From an uncultured Collinsella sp. (lineage in GTDB: Bacteria > Actinomycetota > Coriobacteriia > Coriobacteriales > Coriobacteriaceae), in assembly GCA_958438955.1 (NCBI GenBank), contig CAUBTS010000001.1, positions 1 through 53,546 of the forward strand: a DNA stretch of 53,546 nucleotides, read 5' to 3'. Positions 29,194 to 39,500 of the stretch are shown here, piece after piece. The notes below the pieces were generated by a model. That model was not told where the DNA came from. It made no database searches and saw only the letters and a list, made by a program, of their open reading frames with translations. Every line of letters starts with the position of its first letter. Within the stretch, counting starts at the first letter, position 1. A program made the translations under genes and the position numbers.

Positions 29194-30615
29194 ATGGCTC
29201 ATAACGACAAACCCGAAAGCGCACACGAAGCGCAAGATTATTCCCAGCCGCTCGACGACGGCGGCTTTTTCTCCCTGAACGACGTCATCATGGCCGGCAG
29301 GCATCAGATCACCCGCTCCGAGCATCTCTTAGCTGCCGACACGCGCCGCAACGTCCGCAACCTACTCGCGAGCGCCAAGTTGCTCGCACTCGTCGTCATC
29401 GTCTCGCTCGCCATGGGCGTTGCCGCTTGGGCGTTTTTGGCCTCGCTGAATATCGCGACCGATTATCGCGAGCACCATGCGTGGATCTACGCGCTGCTTC
29501 CCGTTGTGGGCATGGCCACCGCGTGGGTCTACAAGAACCACGGCCTTGCCGCCAAACGAGGTAACAACCTGGTCATCGACTCCGCTCTGGGCACACGTCT
29601 CATCCATATGCGCATGGCCGTCCTCACCTTCGTCTGCTCCACGCTCACGCACCTCACGGGCGGATCGGCCGGTCGCGAGGGAGCTGCGGTGCAGATTGGC
29701 GGCACCATCGCCAGCAACATCTCGAGCCTCGCCCACCTCAAAAAGCATGACCACCACGACCTCATGCTCGCCGGTATCTCGTCGGCCTTTGGCGCCGTAT
29801 TCGGTTCGCCCCTTGCCGGCGCGTTCTTTGGCATGGAAATGTGCTTTATCGGCAAGATCGACTACACCGCGGGCATCTACTGTCTGGTTGCCTCGTTTAC
29901 CGGCTACTTTACGTCGCTTGCCTTGGGAACCGAGTACGAGGCGAATGTTATCGCCAGCGTTCCCGCCATGACACCACGGACGGTTGTCATCGTTGTTATC
30001 AGCGCCATCATCTTCGGTCTGACGGCACGTCTCTTTGCCTGGTCGGTTCGAACCGTCAAGAGCCTGTACGGTCGCTTTATCACCAATTACCTTGTTCGCG
30101 CACTCATCGGCGCACTCGTGGTTTTGGCCGCCTATGCCCTCCTCGACGCCTGGGACTACGCCGGCCTTTCCACGTGGCTTTCCGGCGCCGGATTTGCAGG
30201 CAACACCACCCTGGCGGACGCAGCCATCAAGTTGGTCGTCACAGCGCTCACCCTGGGCGCCGGCTTCCAAGGCGGCGAGGTCACGCCTCTGTTTGGCATC
30301 GGTGCGGCGCTCGGCGGCTGGATCGGCTGCCTCGTCGGAATCGACCCCAGCTTTCTGGCGGCTCTCGGCATGCTCGGCGTGTTCTGCGCCGGCCTTAACG
30401 TGCCCATCACCACCTGTATGATGGCCATCGACCTGTTCCACGGCACGGCCGCCGGCTTCTTCGTGATCGTGGCGTTTATCAGCTATCTCGCCGGCGGCCA
30501 CCGCGGCGTGTACCCCGCCCAGCGCATCATCTCACCCAAGCGCCGTTCTCTTATTGTGGATGAGGGCGGTACGGTAGCGGAGGCTATCGAGCGCCACAAC
30601 GACCTGATAGAGTAG
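29194..30615 (+). CDS. CLC-family channel, probable fluoride/H+ antiporter (CLC-F)
   Basis: GNNLV, GSAGREG and GEVTP motifs; ATG 29194 after AGAGGA. Confidence 0.8.
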   Translation: MAHNDKPESAHEAQDYSQPLDDGGFFSLNDVIMAGRHQITRSEHLLAADTRRNVRNLLASAKLLALVVIVSLAMGVAAWAFLASLNIATDYREHHAWIYALLPVVGMATAWVYKNHGLAAKRGNNLVIDSALGTRLIHMRMAVLTFVCSTLTHLTGGSAGREGAAVQIGGTIASNISSLAHLKKHDHHDLMLAGISSAFGAVFGSPLAGAFFGMEMCFIGKIDYTAGIYCLVASFTGYFTSLALGTEYEANVIASVPAMTPRTVVIVVISAIIFGLTARLFAWSVRTVKSLYGRFITNYLVRALIGALVVLAAYALLDAWDYAGLSTWLSGAGFAGNTTLADAAIKLVVTALTLGAGFQGGEVTPLFGIGAALGGWIGCLVGIDPSFLAALGMLGVFCAGLNVPITTCMMAIDLFHGTAAGFFVIVAFISYLAGGHRGVYPAQRIISPKRRSLIVDEGGTVAEAIERHNDLIE

Positions 30616-30701
30616 ATCTAATAATCACCGTGCAGCCACAATCGGGGGCAATTCGACCTGAGCGCGACCGCACCGTCATGTCACACGCCGGGAGTCGCCC
30701 C

Positions 30702-31664
30702 ATGCACGCAACTGATTTTGGTCGCACGCTCATCATCGCCAACCCTGCCGCCCAGTCGGGTGCGGCGCGCGAGGTCGCTGAGCGCCTGCAGCGCTTTTTG
30801 GACATGACCGCGCGCTCATCCCAGTTTGACCTGGTGCTGACTGAGCGCATGGGACATGCCAAGGAGCTTGCCGCGCAGGCTCAGGGCTATCGCACCGTTA
30901 TCGCCCTTGGCGGCGACGGCGTGATCCACGAGGTTGCCAATGGACTCATGAAGCAGGATGAGGCGGTCCGTCCCGCCCTTGCCCTCCTACCCGTAGGCTC
31001 CGGCAACGATTTTGCCCAGACCCTCGGTATCGACGATTTCTCCGGCAAAGATTTTGGCGCGCTGCTCACCTGCGAGCTGCAGCGCCAGGATATCGGACGC
31101 ATTCGCTCATGGAACCCCGCAAACGGCAGCGGCGAGGCTACCGTTGAGTACTACGACCAAACGCTTTCGGTCGGCATCGATGCCGCCATCGGCCTGGGCA
31201 CCACCGAGCTGCGCAAAAAGACGGGCCTCGCTGGCGCTCCGCTCTACACCCTCTCGGGTCTGGAACAGTTTGGTCTGCGCTACCGCAACTACCCCATGAC
31301 AGTCAGCTTTGACGGGGCGCCCGCCGAGCGCGTGAGGGCGATCATCATGGCGATTCAGCTGGGCCCCACGTATGGCTCGGGCTATCGCATCTGCCCCGAT
31401 GCCGACCCCTGCGACGGCATGCTCGACGTCTGCTACGCATGCGGCCCCGTCCCTCGCGCGGTTGCCCTGCCCATGTTCCTTTCGGCCAAGAACGGCCACC
31501 ATACCAAGTTGCCACCGGTTCGCATGCGCCGCTGCCGCCATGCCGAGCTCACCTTTGAGGAGCCCGACTACCCCATCCAAGCCGACGGCGAGCCCATCGT
31601 CGCCTCGCGCATCGAGGTCGACGTCCTCGGCGGCGCCCTCCACGTCTGGCACCCAACCCGCTAA
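30702..31664 (+). CDS. Diacylglycerol/lipid kinase family (YegS/BmrU-like)
   Basis: IANPAA, GGDGVIHEV, PVGSGNDFA, QADGE. Confidence 0.88.
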   Translation: MHATDFGRTLIIANPAAQSGAAREVAERLQRFLDMTARSSQFDLVLTERMGHAKELAAQAQGYRTVIALGGDGVIHEVANGLMKQDEAVRPALALLPVGSGNDFAQTLGIDDFSGKDFGALLTCELQRQDIGRIRSWNPANGSGEATVEYYDQTLSVGIDAAIGLGTTELRKKTGLAGAPLYTLSGLEQFGLRYRNYPMTVSFDGAPAERVRAIIMAIQLGPTYGSGYRICPDADPCDGMLDVCYACGPVPRAVALPMFLSAKNGHHTKLPPVRMRRCRHAELTFEEPDYPIQADGEPIVASRIEVDVLGGALHVWHPTR

Positions 31665-31673
31665 CCCAACCTA

Positions 31674-31740
31674 AGTTGCGGTGAAATAGGGACTGTTTAT
31701 GCAGCAAGTGCCGCAAAACAGTCCCTATTTCACCGCAACT
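31674..31740. repeat. 67-bp palindromic element, copy 3 (solo)
   Basis: AGTTGCGGTGAAATAGGGACTGTTT / AAACAGTCCCTATTTCACCGCAACT. Confidence 0.95.
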
Positions 31741-31750
31741 TATGAGGAGA

Positions 31751-32131
31751 TCATTCGTCGCTGCCCGGTTTGCGACGGTTGGCCTTTTTAATGGCGTTGA
31801 AGTGCTTGTCATTGAGCCTGCGCTGGCGAGAGCGCTGAGGCACCTTGGTCTTTACGCGTCGGCGCGGTGGACGCCCGCGACGCTCAAGCTCAGCGCGCAG
31901 CTTACGTAGGCAGCTACTACGGTTTTGGAACTGACTGCGGCTCTCGCGCGCCGTCACGGTAATTCCCGTGGGCCCATGCTTCATGCGCACCGCCGAGTCC
32001 GTCGTGTTCACGCCCTGCCCACCCGGGCCCGTCGCGCGAAACACCTGCACCTCGCAATCGCGCGCCAACTCCTCGACCGACATCTCGGCATAGCGCGCAT
32101 ACTCCCGCCATCCCATCTTGTTCTCATCCAT
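31751..32131 (-). CDS. arfB: Alternative ribosome rescue peptidyl-tRNA hydrolase (ArfB/YaeJ-like)
   Basis: [22 protein letters not shown], basic C-terminal tail. Confidence 0.8.
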   Translation of the reverse strand: MDENKMGWREYARYAEMSVEELARDCEVQVFRATGPGGQGVNTTDSAVRMKHGPTGITVTARESRSQFQNRSSCLRKLRAELERRGRPPRRRVKTKVPQRSRQRRLNDKHFNAIKKANRRKPGSDE

Positions 32132-32156
32132 ATCAACACCTCCCCTCATACAAAAA

Positions 32157-32187
32157 ATGTGACAAAGGGACAGTCCCTTTGTCACAT
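32157..32187. repeat. 31-bp perfect palindrome (REP-like)
   Basis: ATGTGACAAAGGGAC-A-GTCCCTTTGTCACAT. Confidence 0.8.
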
Positions 32188-32214
32188 CGCATACCAATCG
32201 CTTGTGTTGCGCGC

Positions 32215-32793
32215 TTAGGCGAAGGTGATCTCGCCGGTCTCGCAGTCCATATCGGCGATACGGGCCAGGCTCTCAACGCGGAAGCCGCGCTCGCGGAGCT
32301 TATCGCCACCGCCCTGGAAGCCCTTCTCCACCGCAATGCCAATACCGGATACCTCGGCACCCGCAGCCTCGCAGATCTTGATAAGACCCTCGAGCGCGCA
32401 GCCGTTGGCCAGGAAATCGTCGATAATCAGGACCTTGTCGCCCTCGGACAGGAAACGTTTGCCAACGATGACCGGGTACTCCTTTTGCTTGGTAAAGGAG
32501 TAGATGGTCGTGGCATACTGCTCGCCGTCGAGGTTGATGGACTGCGCCTTCTTGGCAAAGACCACCGGCACACCGCCAAAATGCTGAGCCGCGATGCAAG
32601 CCATGCCAATTCCCGAAGCCTCAATCGTCAGGATCTTGTTGATCTCGACGCCCTCGAACAGACGGGCCCACTCGGCACCCATGTGGTCAAACAGCTCAAC
32701 GTCGCACTGGTGGTTGAGGAAGGCATCAACCTTAAGGACGTTACCGGCCTTTACGATGCCGTCATGGCGAATACGATCCTCAAGCTCCTGCAT
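32215..32793 (-). CDS. xpt: Xanthine phosphoribosyltransferase
   Basis: [34 protein letters not shown]. Confidence 0.93.
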   Translation of the reverse strand: MQELEDRIRHDGIVKAGNVLKVDAFLNHQCDVELFDHMGAEWARLFEGVEINKILTIEASGIGMACIAAQHFGGVPVVFAKKAQSINLDGEQYATTIYSFTKQKEYPVIVGKRFLSEGDKVLIIDDFLANGCALEGLIKICEAAGAEVSGIGIAVEKGFQGGGDKLRERGFRVESLARIADMDCETGEITFA

Positions 32794-32950
32794 GGCGCAA
32801 CCCCTTCTCGCGGCAACGATACCGCGCGATTAATAAACGTTGCTCGATAGTCTACCACGGACCGACCCCCGCCCGCCCCACAAGCCGCATCGCACCACAA
32901 ACCAGTCTTTTTGGGACAACGCAAATCGTGGCAGACGGCCTCCCAACACG

Positions 32951-34255
32951 CTAATGGCGGGCGCGTATCTTCACCAAACGCACCATGGCGAGCGCAAAGC
33001 CCACGGCGGCCACAGCCATGAGTACGTAGAACACCGAGCGAAAGCCGAACAGGAACACATCCGGACGTCCTGCAACAAAACTGGTCACGGCCTCGCCCAT
33101 CGCAACGCTCATCTGCCCATACAGGATATGCGACGCCGCCGTAATGCCCACTGCCATACCCGCATAGCGTGCCAGGCTACCCAGACTGCCAGCAAAGCCG
33201 AGCGCTTCGCGCGGAGCCGAGCCCATGTACAGCGAGTTATTGGGGCTCTGGAAAATCGACGTACCGCACGACATAAACGCGACGCAGCACACGATCACAG
33301 GGATGGAAGAGCGCTCGTCAAGCGTGCTTACCGCAAAGAGACCGCACACGTACACGCCCAGGCCGACCGCCGTGGGACCCTCGCAGCCAACACGGTCCGA
33401 AACCGTTCCCGAAAGCGGGCCGATAAAGGCATTCACCATCGGCAACGCCAAAAAGAGCAATCCGGAAATGTCGGAACCAAAGCCGTGGGCGTCCTGAAAA
33501 TAGAACGGCAGGATAAACTCAGATGCGCCAATACCAACGAACACGATGAGCATGCAGGCGAGGTTAATGGTGAAGGCCGAATTTGCAAAGCAGCGACGAG
33601 CGGCATCGGCAAGGGACATGGGGCGCTCACCGGCCTCCGGCTTAACATGCGGCAGCGTGTAGAGCCCCACGATAAACGAGATAACGCCAATAGGCAGGTT
33701 GATGAGGAAGATACTCTCCCAGGGAAAGCTTGCCACCAGCATGCCACCGAGCACGGGGCCACACATCATGCCGAGGGCCACGAAGGTCGCAAGAATACCC
33801 ATGGCACGACCGCGCTCGCGAGCCGGAAACGACTCGGTGATGATACCCATGTTGTTGGCCATGGCCGCCGCGCAACCGACGCCCTGAACGATGCGTGCCA
33901 GAATAAGAACTTCGAGCGAGGCCGAAAGGCCGCAAAGCAGCGAACCGGCCGTAAAGACGATTACGCCCAGCTGGAATACGCCGACCTTGCCGCGCACGTC
34001 GCCCAGGCGGCCAAACGGCAGCATAGCCACGCACGTCGCAAGCAGATACACCGAGCTCACCAGCTGAATGCGATCGAGGCCCACGCCCAGCTCCTTTTGC
34101 ATCACGGGCAGCGCCACGGTCACGACGGTCGAATCCAGACACGACATAAACGTCATGATGAGCACGGTAAACAGAATCGCCCATTTGTTCTTGCCATGGG
34201 TGTCGCCCTCAAGGGCAATGCGCTCACGGCGCAGCTGCTCTGCGGTTTTCTCCAT
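32951..34255 (-). CDS. MFS transporter (DHA2-like)
   Basis: LDSTVVTVALP, GRLGDVRGK, ERGRAMG, FLINLPIG. Confidence 0.85.
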   Translation of the reverse strand: MEKTAEQLRRERIALEGDTHGKNKWAILFTVLIMTFMSCLDSTVVTVALPVMQKELGVGLDRIQLVSSVYLLATCVAMLPFGRLGDVRGKVGVFQLGVIVFTAGSLLCGLSASLEVLILARIVQGVGCAAAMANNMGIITESFPARERGRAMGILATFVALGMMCGPVLGGMLVASFPWESIFLINLPIGVISFIVGLYTLPHVKPEAGERPMSLADAARRCFANSAFTINLACMLIVFVGIGASEFILPFYFQDAHGFGSDISGLLFLALPMVNAFIGPLSGTVSDRVGCEGPTAVGLGVYVCGLFAVSTLDERSSIPVIVCCVAFMSCGTSIFQSPNNSLYMGSAPREALGFAGSLGSLARYAGMAVGITAASHILYGQMSVAMGEAVTSFVAGRPDVFLFGFRSVFYVLMAVAAVGFALAMVRLVKIRARH

Positions 34256-34395
34256 ATCCATCCTTTCGAGTGGCGCAACGCAAAAACGGGGCCCCAATCA
34301 CCTGCAAACAGTCGCGATTGGGGCCCCGCCTACGGAATCGGAACGAAAGGTCACCGAAGCTTTCGCCAGCATCGGCGCCTTGTGCGAACGCTAGC

Positions 34396-35679
34396 CTAGC
34401 ACTGCTCGAGCGCCTGCTCAAGGTCGGCAATCAGATCGGCCGTGTCCTCGAGGCCGCACGACAGGCGTACCATGTCGGCGGAAATGCCACAGGCGATGAG
34501 CTCCTCATCGTTCATCTGGCGATGCGTAGCGTTAGCGGGATGCAGGCAGCAAGTGCGGGCGTCGGCCACATGCGTGGCGATCTGGGCGAGCTTGAGGCTC
34601 TTCATAAAAGTCTCGGCCGCCGCACGACCACCGTTAAAGCCAAAGCTCACGACACCGCAGGTGCCGTTGGGCATGTACTTCTGAGCCAGGTCATAGTACT
34701 TGTCGCCCTCCAGGCCCGGATAGCTCACGAAGCGCACCTTGGGATGGCTCTGCAGGAACTTGGCAACGGCCAGGCCGTTCTCGCAATGACGCGGCATGCG
34801 CACATGCAGGCTCTCGAGCGAGCTATTCAGGAAGAACGCCGCCTGCGGGTTCTGCATGGGGCCAAGATCGCGCATGAGCTGCGCGGTGGCCTTGGTGATG
34901 AAGGCGCCCTCGCGACCGAACTTCTCGGCATACGTCACGCCGTGGTAGCTCTCGTCGGGCGTAGTGAGACCCGGGAACTTGTCCGCATGAGCCATCCAGT
35001 CAAACTGGCCGTGGTCGACGATCACGCCGCCCAGGTAGGCAGCATGTCCATCCATGTACTTGGTGGTGGAGTGCGTAACGATGTCGGCGCCCCACTCAAA
35101 GGGACGGCACATCACGGGCGTCGGGAAGGTGTTGTCGACCATCAGCGGCACGCCGTGGTCATGCGCGGCCTTGGCAAAGCGCTCAATATCGAGCACGGCA
35201 AGGGCAGGGTTGGCAATCGTCTCGCCAAAGACGAGCTTGGTATTGGGCTCAAAGGCTGCCTCGAGCTCCTCGTCGGTGCAGTCGGGGGCAACGAACGTGC
35301 AGGTCAGACCCATGCGCTCCATGGTATGGGCGAGCAGGTTGTAGGTACCGCCGTAGATAGCAGAGCTCGCGACCACGTGATCGCCGGCACCGGCCACGTT
35401 AAAGATCGCGAGGAAATTCGCCGCCATGCCCGAGCTCGTGAGCATCGCGGCAGTGCCGCCCTCCATCTCGCAGATCTTGGCGGCAACCAGGTCGCACGTG
35501 GGGTTCTGCAGACGGCTATAGAAGTAGCCCGACTCCTCCAGGTCGAATAGCTTGCCCATGTGCTCGGACGTGTCGTACTTCCACGTGGTTGACTGGTAGA
35601 TGGGCACCTGACGCGGCTCTGCATCACCCGGGCGATAACCGCCCTGAACACACGTCGTACCGATGGTCTGCTCGCTCAT
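34396..35679 (-). CDS. metY: O-acetylhomoserine aminocarboxypropyltransferase
   Basis: PIYQSTT, YSRLQNPT, SSGMAA, HSTTKYMDGH, HPANATHRQ. Confidence 0.88.
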   Translation of the reverse strand: MSEQTIGTTCVQGGYRPGDAEPRQVPIYQSTTWKYDTSEHMGKLFDLEESGYFYSRLQNPTCDLVAAKICEMEGGTAAMLTSSGMAANFLAIFNVAGAGDHVVASSAIYGGTYNLLAHTMERMGLTCTFVAPDCTDEELEAAFEPNTKLVFGETIANPALAVLDIERFAKAAHDHGVPLMVDNTFPTPVMCRPFEWGADIVTHSTTKYMDGHAAYLGGVIVDHGQFDWMAHADKFPGLTTPDESYHGVTYAEKFGREGAFITKATAQLMRDLGPMQNPQAAFFLNSSLESLHVRMPRHCENGLAVAKFLQSHPKVRFVSYPGLEGDKYYDLAQKYMPNGTCGVVSFGFNGGRAAAETFMKSLKLAQIATHVADARTCCLHPANATHRQMNDEELIACGISADMVRLSCGLEDTADLIADLEQALEQC

Positions 35680-35910
35680 ATCTAGCTCCCTTGCCTGGGT
35701 TTTAGTTTTATTCGGTTCACGATACCGCTACCCTGCACCCCTCTCAACCCATCCCCAAGGTAGGTTATGGGACAAATTGATCAGGGGTATTTATCTCAAG
35801 CCTTAGGCATTTGCTCTATAGATAAAAATGAGGCATACATGAAGCTCTCGATGACTACATGCATCGGCACGGGTACCATAAGCGGGTACACCGTGACCAA
35901 GGAGACAACG

Positions 35911-36357
35911 ATGAAGCAAATCGATACGGCCCAGCTTGACATCACCGCCTGTCAGGCTCAAGCTGCCGAGTACCACGCCCGTGGCTTTAACTGCGCCCAG
36001 GCCGTCGCCTGCACGCTCGCGCCCGCCGTCGGGCTCGACCCCCAGGTCGCCTTTACCCTCACCGAGGGCTTTGGCGCCGGCATGGGCGGCATGACCGAAA
36101 CTTGCGGCGCCATCTCGGGCGCCGTGGCCATCATGGGCTTTGTAATGAGTGACGGCATGGAAAACCCTAAGACCAAGGGCCAGACCTACAAGCTGTCGCG
36201 CGAAATCGCCAAGCGTTTTGGCGAGAAGAACACGACGACCGTCTGCGGCACGCTCAAGGGCATCGGATCGGATAAAGGCCCGCTCCGCAGCTGTCCCGGC
36301 TGCATCGACGATGCCGTCGAGATCGCCTGCGATGTGCTAAAGCAGCTCGCCGAGTAA
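35911..36357 (+). CDS. C_GCAxxG_C_C family redox protein
   Basis: FNCAQAV, FGAGMG, TCGAISG, VCGTL, CPGCI; ATG 35911 after AAGGAG. Confidence 0.85.
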   Translation: MKQIDTAQLDITACQAQAAEYHARGFNCAQAVACTLAPAVGLDPQVAFTLTEGFGAGMGGMTETCGAISGAVAIMGFVMSDGMENPKTKGQTYKLSREIAKRFGEKNTTTVCGTLKGIGSDKGPLRSCPGCIDDAVEIACDVLKQLAE

Positions 36358-36424
36358 ACGGCAGCAACATAAAACGACGGCCGGCGCGCTTGGGATCCCT
36401 CCAAAAGCACGCCGGCCGTCGCCG

Positions 36425-37063
36425 TTAGAACTCGTCAAATTCGGAAGCGCCGACCTCAATCTCCTCGCGCCCCGCCATAAGCTCGCGCATCTTAGCGCAA
36501 AACGGCTCCTGCTCCCCCGCCTTAAACACCAAATGAAGTGTCACGGCATCCGCGTAATCGGTATCAGAAACCTTGGCACCCGAATCCTGCGCCAAACGAA
36601 GCACCTGCTCATACTGCGGATAGGCCACATGCACGCCAACCGGCACGACGCTTGTCATCTCAACGATCTGCCCGGCCTCCCGAGCCGCGGCCACCGCCGC
36701 CTGCGTCGCCGCGGTATAGGCGCGTACCAAGCCACCGGGCCCTAACAGCGTTCCGCCAAAATAGCGCGTCACCACGCAGCAAACATTTTTGAGCCCCGCA
36801 CCGCGCAGCACCTCGAGCGTCGGCATGCCGCTCGTGCGGCTCGGCTCGCCGTCATCGCTCTGGCGCTCGCGCCCATCGACCAAAATCCAAGCGGGGACAT
36901 TGTGCCGAGCGTCGTAATGACGCTTGCGAACCATCTCGATAAAGGCATTCGCCTCATCCTCGGACTCAATATGGACCAGCTGGGCAATAAACCGGCTCTT
37001 GCGGTCCACAAACTCACCCGAAGCCTCAATATTCGATTGCAGAGTAAAATAGCTGTCCAACAA
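36425..37063 (-). CDS. yigZ: YigZ/IMPACT family protein
   Basis: KSRFIA, ARHN, DDGEP, VTRYFGGTLLGPGGLVRAY. Confidence 0.88.
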   Translation of the reverse strand: MLDSYFTLQSNIEASGEFVDRKSRFIAQLVHIESEDEANAFIEMVRKRHYDARHNVPAWILVDGRERQSDDGEPSRTSGMPTLEVLRGAGLKNVCCVVTRYFGGTLLGPGGLVRAYTAATQAAVAAAREAGQIVEMTSVVPVGVHVAYPQYEQVLRLAQDSGAKVSDTDYADAVTLHLVFKAGEQEPFCAKMRELMAGREEIEVGASEFDEF

Positions 37064-37333
37064 AGCCTCTCAACAACAAGCAAAGCAACAAACAGCCTCA
37101 ATAATACGGCAAAGCCCGTACCGATAACCCAAGTAAATAGAACAACGACGCCAATGACCAGGCAAAAACAGCGAGATGCCAAGAACGGAACCGCCGATGA
37201 TTCCGCCAACGAAAGCGAGAACCCGTCAGCGCGAGCAAGGTGCCTTGAAAGACGAGGGCATTGACCTTATGGTCATGCCCGAAGGCTTGAAAGGCAGATT
37301 GCCGCGCTGACGGGTTCGCAGCGTCAACAAAGT

Positions 37334-37697
37334 TGCTGAGTGGGCCTATAAGCCGGGTTCTGTCGTGAACGGTCATTTATCTTGTCTGCACGTTACCGTG
37401 CAGCTCCACGCACGCTACCCGAACGCGGACCGGGCCGGTCCATAGCGTTCCTATTCGCGCTTGCTCCGGATGGGGCTTGCCAAGCCGCCGTGTTGCCACG
37501 ACGCTGGTGGTCTCTTACACCACCGTTTCAGCTTTTCCCTTTACGCCTTGCGGCGCAGGTGGGAGTCTTCTTTTCTGCGGCGCTTTCCGTCGGATCACTC
37601 CGCCCGGCCGTTAGCCGGCATCCCGCCCTCTGGAGCCCGGACTTTCCTCACGCGTACTGCAAGCAGCACATCGCGCGACCGTCTGGCCCACTCAGCA
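37334..37697 (-). ncRNA. rnpB: RNase P RNA (class A)
   Basis: GAGGAAAGTCCGGGCTCC near the 5' end, ACAGAACCCGGCTTA near the 3' end, terminal P1 helix GCTGAGTGGGCC/GGCCCACTCAGC. Confidence 0.95.
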
Positions 37698-37961
37698 GTG
37701 CAAGAGTGTAGCACACCGTTGCCGCAGGCAATGGCACAACACAAGCGTTCGACACGATAAACCAAGAACCACGATATACAGTACAATAGGGTCGTCGATG
37801 GGCAACGTCGTCAGTCGAGACGCGACCGCGCTCCGCACCCCTCCGTCTACTCGGTGCGTTCCCGCCTCCTCCCCGAGGCGGGATGTCGGCATTTTTTATG
37901 CATCGACAACTAAATAACGTGTGGACAGCCCGGCAGCATTGCGCATCTCGGCGCCAAATGC

Positions 37962-37995
37962 AAAAAGGGACCCGTCCATTGCGGACGGATCCCTT
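37962..37995 (-). terminator. rpsA terminator
   Basis: AAGGGATCCGTCC-GCAAT-GGACGGGTCCCTTTTT. Confidence 0.8.
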
Positions 37996-38019
37996 AAAAC
38001 AAGTGATCGTCAAACCGAT

Positions 38020-39186
38020 TTACTCGGCGTCGGTCTCCTCGTCTTTCTTCTCGGAAGGCAGCGGGGTAACCTCGATCTCGACGCCCAGAGTCTCAGCAGC
38101 AGACTTCATGGACAGGGAGATACGACGACGGTCGAGGTCGATCTCCATGACTTTGACCTGAACCTTGTCGCCCACGTGGGTGACCTGAGAAGGCTGATCG
38201 ACGTGCTTGTTGGCCATCTCGGAGATGTGCACCAGACCCTCGATGCCCTCGCCCAGGTCGACGAAAGCGCCGAACGGGACAAGCTTGGTCACAGTGCCCT
38301 CGACGATAGCGCCGACGGGGTACTTCTTGACCAGTGTGCGCCACGGATCCTCGGTGGTCTGCTTGAGACCAAGGGAGATGCGCTCGCGGTTGAGATCGAC
38401 GTCGAGAACCTCGACCTCGACCTCCTGGCCGACCTTGACAACCTCGGAAGGATGGTTGACGTGGTTCCAAGAGAGCTCGGAGATGTGGATGAGGCCGTCG
38501 ATACCGCCGAGGTCGACGAAGGCGCCGAAGTCGACGATGGAGGAAACGGTGCCCTGGAGACGCATGCCAGACTTGAGCTTGGACAGGATCTCGGAGCGCT
38601 CGGCCTTACGGGACTCCTCGAGCACGACGCGACGGGAGAGGACGACGTTGTTGCGGTTACGGTCCATCTCGATGACGCGAGCCTCGATGCGGGTGCCCAT
38701 GTAGGAGGTGAGGTCCTTGACACGACGGAGGTCGACGAGGGAAGCGGGCAGGAAGCCACGCAGGCCGATGTCGAGGATCAGGCCGCCCTTGACAACCTCG
38801 ATAACCTCGCCCTCGACGTTCTCGCCGGAGTTGAACTTCTCCTCGATGCGGTTCCAAGCACGCTCGTACTCGGCACGCTTCTTGGACAGGACCAGACGAC
38901 CGTCCTTGTCCTCCTTCTGGAGAACCAGAGCCTCGATGGGATCACCGAGTGCAACGATGTCTGCAGGGTTAGCGTCCTTGCGGATGGACAGCTCGCGGAC
39001 CGGGATAACGCCCTCGGACTTGAATCCGATGTCAACGAGCACCTCGTCATGCTCGATCTTAACGACAGTGCCGTTAACGAGATCGCCCTCATCAAAGTCG
39101 GTAATCGTACCGTCGATGAGGTTGTTCATCTCCTCCTCGTTGACATCGTCAAGAGAGAAAATGGACGAGTTCTGAATCTCACTCAA
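38020..39186 (-). CDS. rpsA: 30S ribosomal protein S1 (four S1 domains)
   Basis: DIGFKSEG, RGFLPASLVD, FGAFVDLGGIDGLIHISELSW. Confidence 0.95.
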   Translation of the reverse strand: MSEIQNSSIFSLDDVNEEEMNNLIDGTITDFDEGDLVNGTVVKIEHDEVLVDIGFKSEGVIPVRELSIRKDANPADIVALGDPIEALVLQKEDKDGRLVLSKKRAEYERAWNRIEEKFNSGENVEGEVIEVVKGGLILDIGLRGFLPASLVDLRRVKDLTSYMGTRIEARVIEMDRNRNNVVLSRRVVLEESRKAERSEILSKLKSGMRLQGTVSSIVDFGAFVDLGGIDGLIHISELSWNHVNHPSEVVKVGQEVEVEVLDVDLNRERISLGLKQTTEDPWRTLVKKYPVGAIVEGTVTKLVPFGAFVDLGEGIEGLVHISEMANKHVDQPSQVTHVGDKVQVKVMEIDLDRRRISLSMKSAAETLGVEIEVTPLPSEKKDEETDAE

Positions 39187-39500
39187 AGGTGGACCCCTTT
39201 CGAACTACGGGGCCCCGATTGCTAGGACCTACAGAAGGGTGCGACAAGCACACAACGTTTAGGAACACTCGGGAGCCGACAGATACTAATGTGACGCTTA
39301 TGCAATCACGTTCGTATAGGTTACGGGGAAATCATTTCGATTTCAAGCGTGAACTGCGATTTTTTACTCGTATGGAGACTTTTTCGCAATCTTGTGGACG
39401 ACCGTCTCCATAAGTTGACGATAGGCAGTTAGGCATACGGCTTTGGGGTAAAGTATCCGGAGCAACGATTCTGGAACGATTTATCGAGAAAGGTGCCCGC

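Noticed and set aside
32794..32950. Purine riboswitch upstream of xpt
   Set aside because: No purine-aptamer consensus recognisable
35680..35910. SAM riboswitch or T-box upstream of metY
   Set aside because: No consensus elements found; the region looks like a short divergent promoter
37064..37330. Small hydrophobic ORF between yigZ and rnpB
   Set aside because: The hydrophobic stretches fall in different frames, with no clear start or SD; unsupported
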